Positions 32,909 to 44,072 of a DNA stretch of 64,000 bases are shown here, in pieces. The notes under the pieces were generated by a model that saw nothing but the letters and a program-made list of their open reading frames with translations, was not told the DNA's origin and searched no databases. The translations under genes were made by a program, and so were the position numbers. How positions within the stretch are numbered: position 1 is the stretch's first letter; each line of letters opens with the position of its first letter. The DNA is from Piromyces finnis finn. Taxonomy: Eukaryota; Fungi; Neocallimastigomycota. The stretch is from positions 558,001-622,000 of the forward strand of contig MCFH01000011.1 of NCBI GenBank assembly GCA_002104945.1. The letters run 5' to 3'.

Positions 32909-35805
32909 ATGACTATTAAGGATATAACTTTTTGTATAGCAAGGTTGGAAAATTAAATGTTATTATATAATCGATATATCAAAATTAACAATGTTATGAT
33001 TTATATGAAAAAATAAAATGAAAAATATTTTTTTTTTTTTTTCTTTCCTCTCTCTTTATTATTATTATTATTATTATTATTGTCAATGTTAAATAAGAGG
33101 TATATTAAAAATTGCAGCTAATGTTTACTATTCTTCTATTATTATTGAAAATGAAGAATTTGTACCAGAAGATGGAATTCCAACATTCATTTGTTGTAAC
33201 CATCCTAACTCATTAACTGGTAATAATCAAAAATTGTAAATTTTTAAAATTAATTCAAATTTTTAAGAAATGTTCCAATAATGATTTATTTTTTCATATC
33301 TATTGTCAATGCTCAATAATAGATGCTGCAAGTAAATAAATTACTTTTTTTATATTTTTTTATATAGAAATCTTTTAATGTATACTTGAAATTTGAATGT
33401 AAAGAATTTAACAATAAAAAAAAAATTTTATATATATTTTAAAGTTATTTAAGTTCTTTGTCAAGAAAAAAAAGAAAACATGTTAGAATTACTTGTAAAG
33501 ATACACTATTTAAAATGAACTTTTTATATTGGGCTTTTAATACTATGTTAAATTCAGTTCCTATAATGAGAAGAAGAGAATATGGTGATAAAATAGATAA
33601 TACTGAAGCATTTGCAAATTTAATAAAAGTATACTAATAATTTATTCGGAACACCATATTTATTATTATTTTGTTTATTTTTAATAATATAAATATTTTT
33701 ACATTCATTTAATTGAAAAAATGCTTTTATTACTACTATATTATAATTTTGTAATATCAAATAAAATATATATAGTCATTGGAAAAAGGTGATTCTGTAA
33801 TTTTGTTTCCTGAAGGGTATAGCAGATATAATAGTACAGCAGGAAATTTTTTAATGGGTGGTAATACTTTTATTTTAAGTCTAAATATTACTAATTATAT
33901 AAAAATTATTGATATTATATATATTATTAATATATATTAATAATATGTAATAAACAAATACTATTTAAAGTATCGAATATTACCTCAGAAGTGTTAACAA
34001 GAAATAGAAGTAATTCAGATTTTAAGATAAATATATTACCACTATCAATTAATTATGCGTAATAATATAATACTTAATTTATTATATATTATATATTATT
34101 TGTTTTTTTTTTTATTTTATTTTATTATAATAAAGTGATAAATATTTTAATGAAATTTTTATAAAAATATATAAAAACTCATAGCAATACAAACAATTAT
34201 ATATATATATTTATTAATTTTTTTTTTAATGTTTAAAATAACTAGACATCGTGAGAAATTCAGATCGAACATGATAATCACTTGTCATAGACCAATAGTA
34301 CTTAATCCAATTGATAACGAAGATTTAATTATCGATAAAAATAATATTAAGGATAGTCAGAGACAAGCTCCATTTAAGCCAGCAAAAAGTTTGACTTTAG
34401 CTATGGATAAAATTATTAGAAATGGAATTCTAGGTATTGATTACATATTAAAATACATAATTAATAATAATAATATATGGTTATAAATATAATTAAAATA
34501 TATATTAAAAAAAAAAATAGATTCACCAAATTGGGAATATATTGAGTATGCACACACAGCACGAAATCTTTATTGTTCTTACGGTTTAGATATTACTTTT
34601 GGTAATTATATTCGATTAACAAAAAGGTTTTTAGACGTTTTTGCAAGACAAGAAAAGCAGATAGAAAAGGAGAAAAAAATAAATTATGAAAAAGAAAAAG
34701 ATTTGAATGTTGATCGTTATGTATTTGAGGATAATGGAAAGGAAGATAAAATAACAAAGCTAGGTCCATTAGATTTTAATAAAGTTGAAAAATCTATTGA
34801 TATTGATCAATTAAATAAAAGTTTGAAGGTATATACTACTACTAATAATAAAACATTATATATATATATTTACTAAATATTTTATGTGATTATTAATTTT
34901 TATTATAAATTCTGATATGGAATATTATTTATATTATTTATATAATATGCCAATAATAATATTATATAATATAGGAATATCAAGATATATTAGATAAAAT
35001 TAAAATAAAAGATGCTAAACTGATTTCAAAAGAATCATTAGGAAAATCAATTTCTATAATAATAGTTGAAACATTATTATTATTCATTTATCTTTTATTT
35101 TTAATACCATACTGTATTATTTGGTTACCAATTCTAATTATCGGTAAAAAATATGAAAGAAAGGCAATGACAAGTGGTAAATATTTTTATTTATACATTT
35201 ATATTATATATTCTAATTATATAAAATTAATAATTTTGGTGTATGAATGTATATTTAGGTGATTTAGAAGATAATTTTGATGAAATTGCACAGAAGAAAA
35301 TTTTATCTGGTTTAGTGGTAGTATTATGCTGGTATTCTATTTTTATTTTTATAACTCTATTTACATTAAATATTACATATTTTCTCGGTGTTGTTATCGG
35401 ATATCCATTAATTATGGTATTAGGTGTAATTATATTAGAGAATTATTCTAGGAGTCAAAGAAACATAATGTATAATATTAGATTGATAAAATTAAAATAT
35501 TTTCAAAATGATAGCTATATAAAATATTTAAGAATTCGTGATGGTAAAAATAAAGTTATTTTCAATATTATTAATTTTAAAAAGAAATTAAATTTTTATA
35601 TATTGTAGATTTATATAATAATATTCAAATCTTATCAAGGGCCATGAATCTTCCTTCTGATTCAGAAGTATTGAAATCAAATAAAAATACACTCTATAGT
35701 GAAGAAAGCAATATATTTTATAAGATATATATAAAATTGTTAAGAAAAGAAGACTGGAATGATACGCTAAGAACCAGAGATATTATTAGATATTCAAAAG
35801 AATAG
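32909..35805 (+). CDS. Fungal glycerol-3-phosphate O-acyltransferase (Gpt2/Sct1-like, PlsC domain), multi-exon; one apparent 1-nt frameshift as assembled
   Basis: NHPNSLT-D (HX5D as in yeast Gpt2/Sct1), VILFPEGYS, HREKFRS, and C-terminal TM segments ending DWNDTLR...KE* at 35803-35805. Confidence 0.82.
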
Positions 35806-37122
35806 TAATTTTAAAAGAATATAAATTAAAATATAATATGCTTATATTTAAATGAGAAATAAAAACAAGAAATATCAAATCATATATATACATACATATT
35901 TCTATTTATATAATTATGATTAAATAAAGATAATGCAAATTTTATTAAGAAATCATGTATAGTTTTAATAAGTAAAGTAATAGCTTTAATAATATTAAAA
36001 AAAATTTTTTTGTGATACAAATTTTGAATAAATTAAAATTAAAGCAAATATAAAAAATTTTTATCAAATTATTATTTTTAATTTTTTTTTATAATATTTG
36101 TAACCTAATAAATAAAAATATATTTAAACTACTACACTATAACAAATATGAAAAACAAAGTAATAAAAATAAAAGTGATTAAATATTATAAATAATAAAG
36201 ATAAAATATACGTTTATATTGTTACATTTTTTCTTGGTAGTTAATGTTGAATTAGAATCATATAATTTCCCATAAAATTTAAGAATCTTAAATTCAACAA
36301 CAACAACAACAACAACAATAATGATAAAACATTATTTGGTAAAAGAAAAATAAAAATAAAATTAATTGAAGAAGTGTAATATATAATGTAGTTAAAATAT
36401 AGTAAAGTATTTAATTATTATTAATATTAAAAATAATTTCTTCGAATTTAATATTTAATAAAACTTTCATGTATTACCCATCAATGTCATAATATAATTA
36501 CAATTCAAATTTTAAGACTTTTACTAATTGTTATTTACACACATTACACATGTTTTAATTTTTTTTTATAAAGATCAACATAATGAATTATATAATAATA
36601 AATTTATACCATATACAATCGTTACTAAGTTCTATAAAATATCCAATTAACGAGTGATGAGCTTGATGATCTTTATAAAGTTTTTGAATCAGTAAAATAT
36701 TTTTTTTTTGTTTACCAAAGAAAAAGAAAAAAAGAAATAATACCATTTTTCTTAATTTTAAATAAATTTATAATTGAAAAAAGTTATCATATTCCCCTTT
36801 TTAATTATTTATTTTAGTCATAGCTTTGTTAATACCATATTTTAATCGTTTTAATATTTAGTTTAAAATAAATTAAATTTTAAAATTTTAATAAAAACAT
36901 TAATTTAATATATACTATAATATATCCTAATCCTTATTAATGATAATTTAAAAATTTTATAAAATATATTAATTATTTTAATATAAAATTGTGGCTAAAG
37001 AATATACAAGTTATTGATTGGATAAACAGCATTATTCTATTTTATTATTCAAGAGATCAAGTTTTTGAAAAATGTTTTGAACCCTCTTTTAATTAATATC
37101 ATTTATTAGTCCTAAAGGCATC

Positions 37123-37733
37123 ATGGTCAAATTCCTTAAACCAGGAAAGGTTAGTGATGTTGATGAATGAATGAATGAATTTTTTTTTTAAATTTTAATG
37201 AATATTTATTAAATGAATGTTTTTATGTTATGGTATTTTAATGTGTATGTAAATATAATGTATAGGTTGTTCTCATTTTACAAGGTCGTTTCGCCGGTAA
37301 GAAGGCCGTCATCGTTAAGAACTACGATGAAGGTACCAAGGAACGTCCATACCCACACGCCATTGTTGCTGGTATTGAAAAGTACCCATTAAAGGTTAAC
37401 AAGTCTATGGGACAAAAGCTTGTTGCTAAGCGCTCTAAGGTCAAGCCATTCGTTAAGGTTGTCAACTTCAACCACATCATGCCAACCAGATACAGTCTTG
37501 ATGTCGATTTAAAGCAAAACGTTACTCTTGATGCTTTCAAGGATCCATCCCAAAGAATGCAAACCCGTAAGGTTATCAAGAAGGCTTTAGAAGAAAGGTA
37601 AATTATTAGAAATATAAAATATAATCAATATAATTAAATATTAAATATAAAATATTTTTATTTATTACTAATTACAATAAATAGATACAAGAGCGGTAAG
37701 AACAAGTGGTTCTTCCAAAAGCTTCGTTTCTAA
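37123..37733 (+). CDS. RPL27: 60S ribosomal protein eL27, 3 exons: 37123-37149, 37266-37597, 37685-37733
   Basis: [26 protein letters not shown]...[21 protein letters not shown].../[15 protein letters not shown]. Confidence 0.98.
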
Positions 37734-38501
37734 GTTATTTATGTTCAATAAAAAATTTAAAACGGAATTTATTGTAACTTTTAAAAGAATAAATAAAATG
37801 ACCATAAAAACATAGATTATTTTTTTTGCTACATGAATAAAATTTTTGATTGTTAAATAATTTTTTATATACCAACAGTTATTAATATAAATATATTTAA
37901 GTAATAAAAAACACTGTGTTAATAGACAATAAAATAAAAGGATATAAAACAAAATTTATTGATATCAAATATTAAATATGAATTTTCAGTATTAAATAGT
38001 GGAAATGTAAGAGTAACTATAAATTGTGCTTCAAAGATATTTCAAGCTGGATATAAGTATTTATTAGTAAAAAGTTAGTTTTACTAGTAATACATAATAT
38101 AAATAGAGAATTAGTAATAAAGTAATATATATTTTGAAAGAAATTTTGAGACCAGTAATAGACAATATGGTATAAAATATGTAGAAAATTTATAAATTTA
38201 AAGCTTGCAATATTATAAAGTTGAAAAAGAAGTAAAGTGTAGGTGTTTGAAAAAATGGAGGAATAATTTTGGAATGCTAAATTTTAGAATTTAAAGGTTA
38301 ATTTTATCTTTTTTTACTTAAAATGATAAATTTTGTTCTTTGTTCATATTGGTATAATTATCTTTTTTTTTTTTGTGTTATTTTGTATTAAAATATTGTT
38401 CCTTTAATTTTAAAAAAAATAAGGAATTAAAATAGGTATTTAATATAGTGTTTAATGTAATCAAAAGTAATGTGTTGTATAGATATGGGAAAGGAACATT
38501 A

Positions 38502-40247
38502 TTCAACGATGGTGATTCGTCCTGAATCAATAGAAAATCAGAACAAGAGAGATCCAACATTTTACTTAGCAGGACAACCCATTCCAACTACTGATTGCTA
38601 TACTTATCTTGGTGTTCCATTTGATAAGAATCTGTCCCTTAAACCAGTAATTAAAGCTCTTAATAACAAGGTTTTGAAAGGACTTTTCTCAGTCAGTAAA
38701 TTCTTAAGAAATCCTAATATTCCTATTCCTTTCAAAAAACTAGTACTTAACTCACAAGTGATTAGCAGAGTTTCATACTTTGCACCATTACTTGGATCCA
38801 ACAAAGCTAGGTCTAGGATTGCTCAGAAGCATGTTAACAAAGGAATACGATGGGTTGCCGGAGTTCATAAAGCTGTATCGTTTATATCTTTATACTCTAT
38901 CTCAAAAGATTTGAATATTCCTCCATTGTCAGCCAAATGTGCGTTAGCTCAGGTTAGATGTTTTAACAAATGGAAAAACTCAAATTGTATTATCTCACAC
39001 CTTGTCAATTACATTCCTAAATTTAGAAAATACACGTGGTGCAAATCAAGTAGGACACTTGATAAAAAATTAAAGAAACATGGAGATGTTAAAGCAGTTA
39101 AAAACTTTTATTGGAAAGATCTCAAAGGGAATTCAATCAAAGCGCAATATTATGATGATAATAAATTTATTGAAACTAAAGATTTTATTAAATTATGTTA
39201 TGAGTACCCAGAGTTTGCCTATGGCTTCTACTGGCTATTGAAAGCAAGAAGCGGATACAAGTTGGATGCTAGAGTTGCCAAAGCTGCCAAATTTGTTGAT
39301 CCAGTTTGTCCTAACTACTGTCCATGTTGCAAGTGTGGAGATCAAAGTATTAAACATTGGTTATTAGATTGTCCAACATTTAGAGATATCCGTATTAAAC
39401 ATTATGATTCCATAGTCCAGCTATTAAATTTTTTCAGTCAACGTAATTCCAATAGTCCTATCAATAATAATGAAATTGATAATATCAGTAGAGATAGTAA
39501 TAACATTAATAGTAATAGTAACAATAGTAGTAATAACAATAGTAATAGTAACAATAGTAATAGTAACAATAGTAATAATAACAATAATAGAAATAATAAT
39601 ATTAGTAATGATAGCAATAGTGAAGATAATAATTCTAATTTAGATAGTAATTTAGTTAATGATAGTAATAGTTCTAATAATCCGGTGAATATTAATGTGT
39701 ATGATTATTCTAGTGTGTGCAGTAAAATATTTAAATTCCTTCTTGGGGGAAGAAGTTTTAACAATATCAATTACAATTCAAGGGAATGGAAAGAACTTTG
39801 TAAGCGTCAGATTCAATCTGGTACTAATGAAGGAGCACCATTCTTGACGGTAACCGCGGAACTTCTAACCAAAATCATGCCTTTTGCTATTGGCCAGCAA
39901 TGGTCAATGTTCAAAAGGTTTGAAGCAACATCCAAGAGCGTCAATGCTGAAGAAACAGTAAGACAGGCCAGGAGGGCCAGCGCAACCAATGGAGATCATA
40001 ATTTTGTTCCATGACAAAATTTTGATCTTTGGCTCGGTGTCCCATTGGAAGTCAAATACAATTATTATACTTTAGTATGATAGTGGCTTTCTTACTTTAA
40101 TTAAAATTACTAGAATACATTATACCCAATTTTTATTCATTTGTGTTTATTTAAACATATTTTTTTTATTTTTATTATTTTTAATTATTTATTACATGTA
40201 TTATAATTTTAATTAAATTAATAATAAAGTTTAAAATATTTGATGCC

Positions 40248-40293
<46 letters not shown>
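38502..40293 (+). mobile_element. 5'-truncated LINE, family 1 copy A: RT C-terminal/thumb region, CCHC zinc knuckle, 3' UTR and A43 tail; TSD AAAGGAACATTA at 38490-38501 and 40291-40302
   Basis: Open ORF to 40014 with YTYLGVPF and CPCCKCGDQSIKHWLLDC; poly(A) at 40251-40293; the flanking direct repeat is read directly from the sequence. Confidence 0.92.
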
Positions 40294-40295
<2 letters not shown>

Positions 40296-40513
40296 AACAT
40301 TAATACAGGATCTAATATTAGTGTCAAGTTGAATGAAAACATTAAAGTCTTATATATAGAGTTTATCTTACACATTATCATATCCTAATGATACTTTCCT
40401 TGCATATTTCGTTTAATTTGTTAGGTAGGTTCCAACCTCACAAAGTACAAATTGCAGAGTTCACCAAACTATATACAACTTAAATTCTTTTTATAGTTTA
40501 TTTTATTTATATT

Positions 40514-42433
40514 AAAGGCTTGGAGTTAGCTTAGGTAATAAACGTTGTTGTGGTGGCCTTTTCGCTGATGACATTGTTTTGATTGCTCCTAGTAAGAAGA
40601 ACCTTCAAAAGATGCTCAATCTAGTCCTTGATTGGGCTAATTTAAATGAAATGTCTTTTGGAATAAATAAATGTGCAACTATTGCTGTTAAACCTATCAA
40701 CTTTAATAGATCCCCTAGTTATGTCGACCCAACATTTTACATCGGTATGTACTCGATTCCAAAGGTTTCTTGCTATACTTACAACCCATTCCAACTACTG
40801 ATTGTTATACTTATCTTGGTGTTCCATTTGATAAGAATCTGTCCCTTAAACCAGTTATTAAAGCTCTTAATAACAAGGTTTTGAAAGGACTTTTCTCAGT
40901 CAGTAAATTCTTAAGAAATCCTAATATTCCTATTCCCTTCAAAAAGCTAGTACTTAACTCACAAGTGATTAGCAGAGTTTCATACTTTGCACCATTACTT
41001 GGATCCAACAAAGCTAGGTCTAGGATTGCTCAGAAGCATGTTAACAAAGGAGTACGATGGGTTGCCGGAGTTCATAAAGCTGTATCGTTTATATCTTTAT
41101 ACTCTATCTCAAAAGATTTGAATATTCCTCCATTGTCAGCCAAATGTGCTTTAGCTCAGGTTAGATGTTTTAACAAATGGAAAAACTCAAATTGTATTAT
41201 CTCACACCTTGTCAATTACATTCCTAAATTTAGAAAATACACGTGGTGCAAATCAAGTAGGACACTTGATAAAAAACTAAAGAAACATGGAGATGTTAAA
41301 GCAGATAAAAACTTTTATTGGAAAGATCTCAAAGGGAATTCAATCAAAGCGCAATATTATGATGATAATAAATTTATTGAAACTAAAGATTTTATTAAAT
41401 TATGTTATGAGTACCCAGAGTTTGCCTATGGCTTCTACTGGCTATTGAAAGCAAGAAGCGGATACAAGTTGGATGCTAGAGTTGCCAAAGCTGCTAAATT
41501 TGTTGATCCAGTTTGTCCTAACTACTGTCCATGTTGCAAGTGTGGAGATCAAAGTATTAAACATTGGTTATTAGATTGTCCAACATTTAGAGATATCCGT
41601 ATTAAACATTATGATTCTATAGTCCATTTATTAAATTTTTTCAGTCAACGTAATTCCAATAGTCCTATCAATAATAATGAAAATGTTAATATCAGCAGAG
41701 ATAGCAATAACAGTAATAGTTATAGTAATAATATTAATAATAACAATAGTAATAATAACAATAGTAGTAATAGAAATAATAATATTAGTAATGATAGCAA
41801 TAGTGATGATAATAATTCTAATTTAGATAGTAATTTAGTTGATGATAGTAATAGTTCTAATAATCCGGTGAATATTAATGTGTATGATTATTCTAGTGTG
41901 TGCAGTAAAATATTTAAATTCCTTCTTGGGGGAAGAAGTTTTAACAATATTAATTACAATTCAAGGGAATGGAAAGAACTTTGTAAGCGTCAGATTCAAT
42001 CTGGTACTAACGAAGGAACACCATTCTTGATGGTAACCGCGGAACTTCTAACCAAAATCATGCCTTTTGCTATTGGTCAGCAATGGTCAATGTTCAAAAG
42101 GTTTGAAGCAACATCCAAGAGCGTCAATGCTGAAGAAACAGTAAGACAGGCCAGGAGGGCCAGCGCAACCAATGGAGATCATAATTTTGTTCCATGACAA
42201 AATTTTGATTTTTGGCTCGGTGTCCCATTGGAAGTCAAATACAATTATTATACTTTAGTATAATAGTGGCTTTCTTACTTTAATTAAAATTACTAGAATA
42301 CATTATACCCAATTTTTATTCATTTGTGTTTATTTAAACATATTTTTTTTATTTTTATTTTTATTTTTAATTTTTTATTACATGTATTATAATTTTAATT
42401 AAATTAATAATAAAGTTTAAAATATTTGATGCC

Positions 42434-42467
<34 letters not shown>

Positions 42468-44072
42468 CTTGCTATACTTATCTTGGAATCCCATTCGACG
42501 AAGATCTTTCTTTGACTCCTATTCTGTCTAATATGTACAAAAAAGTTCAGAAATCTTTATTCTCTTTTAAGAACTTCCTCAACAACAATTGTGTTCCTAT
42601 TGGTTTAAAAAACATAGTAATTCATTCTTATATTTTAAGCAAAGTCTCTTATTATGCTCCTTTGCTTGGTTCCAACAAAAATAGAACTAGAAGAGTCCAA
42701 TCTCTTATCAATACTGCTGTTTTATGGAGTGTCAATAGCTTTCACAATAAAAGTTTTAATAACAAAGATTTTGTTTTTGAACGAAATTCATTTATTAGTC
42801 TGTATGCTCTTACAAGAGATATGAAGATTCCTACCCTTTCAGGTATTTGTGATGCGCAACAAGTGAAATGCTTTGTTAAATGGAGAAAATCAAATTGTAT
42901 AATTAAAGATCTCGTCCGATCTATTCCTCCCATGTCTCATTACTCTTGGGCCAAAGAATCTTGTTCACTACATAAGAAGCTTATGAAAATAAATATTAAA
43001 AGTACTAAAGATATTAGAGAATATTATTGGAATAATAGTAGCCTAAATAATGGAAGTAAAGCCCTCAGATATACTAACAACAAATTCCTTAATTCAAATC
43101 GCCTAATGCATATCGGTCTCAACAAACCTCACTTAAATTTAGGAATTACCTGGATTATTCGTATTCGATGCGGTTATGAAAATATTACCCGAATTGCTAT
43201 TGCCAGTAATAGAGTTACTCCTGACTGCCCTCGTGTCTGTCCATGTTGCGGATATGACGAACAATCTTTTTACCATTGGATATTAGAATGTTCTGCATTC
43301 TCTGAATACAGAGCTTCTTCACTTAGCTTTCTTGACGATCTTTTTACCCTTTTTTACAATAAATATAAGAATCAATTCATCACATACTTACTCCCCGAAA
43401 CGGAAGTAAGAAAAATAATTTATAACTATATTTTTACGTTCCTTCTTGGTGGAACTTTAGCTTATGATGAGCTACAAATCGATAAGGCGGAACAAAGACA
43501 TTTGAATGAACAGCTTTACAGTTCATCGGGGTCTCATGTTCCATATGTAGAGGGTCTCGCGGCTTTTCTTACTAAAACAATCCCTATCATTAGTAGCTCT
43601 ATGAAGCTATTTTTTGATAGGTTTAGTAAGACACCTAACGTAATCAAGAGCGCCGACGTCGTACCGATATGGCAAAGGAACATTTCCAATGTTCCGTACA
43701 CAGGGTTCAATGTTAGTATTTCCTCAAATTCGAATGAAAACATTATGAACTCATGGGAGAGTTTAGTGGACACCACACTATCATACCTGATGTTACTTCT
43801 TTTTTTTATTTCATTTAATTTATTAGGTAGGGACCAATCCCACACAGTACAAATTGCAGAGTTCATTGAACTTTTATGCAACTTAAATAATTATTTTATA
43901 TTATTTTATATTTATATTTTTATTTATATATATTTTATTATTTTTATTTATTATTTATTATATCAATATCAATATGTATTATCACCTAATGTTATGTAAT
44001 ATCTCAAATTAAATAAATAAATAAAAGATGTGTATTCTCTTCCTAGTCTAAAAAAAAAAAAAAAAAAAAAAA
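40514..44072 (+). mobile_element. 5'-truncated LINE, family 2, interrupted by family 1 copy B; A23 tail at 44050-44072; probable TSD TTTATTTATATT at 40502-40513 and 44073-44084
   Basis: GVSLGNKRCCGGLFADDIV (RT catalytic motif)...GINKCA...SCYTY/LGIPF...CPCCGYDEQSFYHWILEC. Removing copy B and one TSD restores a continuous 595-codon frame (40516-40781 plus 42481-43999). Confidence 0.9.
40782..42465 (+). mobile_element. 5'-truncated LINE, family 1 copy B with A29 tail; TSD TTCTTGCTATACTTA at 40767-40781 and 42466-42480
   Basis: Near-identical to copy A; exact 15-bp flanking direct repeat; open ORF to 42197. Confidence 0.93.

Noticed and set aside
36654-36730. GTGATGA box C-like motif (also at about 29859 and in the RPL27 intron)
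   Set aside because: No downstream CTGA box D at snoRNA distance and no terminal stem.
38470-38501. ORF-track N-terminus MCCIDMGKEHY as the start of a 514-aa gene
   Set aside because: It is host-element sequence plus TSD upstream of the 5'-truncated LINE junction, not a real start.
40579-42197. In-frame family2/family1 chimaeric RT protein
   Set aside because: The junction TA|CAACCC shifts frame, and the family-2 frame stops at 40884.
38483-43920. Direct repeats flanking the RT region read as LTRs or Penelope pseudo-LTRs
   Set aside because: The repeats are diverged and interrupted, poly(A) tails and TSDs mark independent non-LTR insertions, the RT/CCHC layout is LINE-type, and no intact hammerhead is present.
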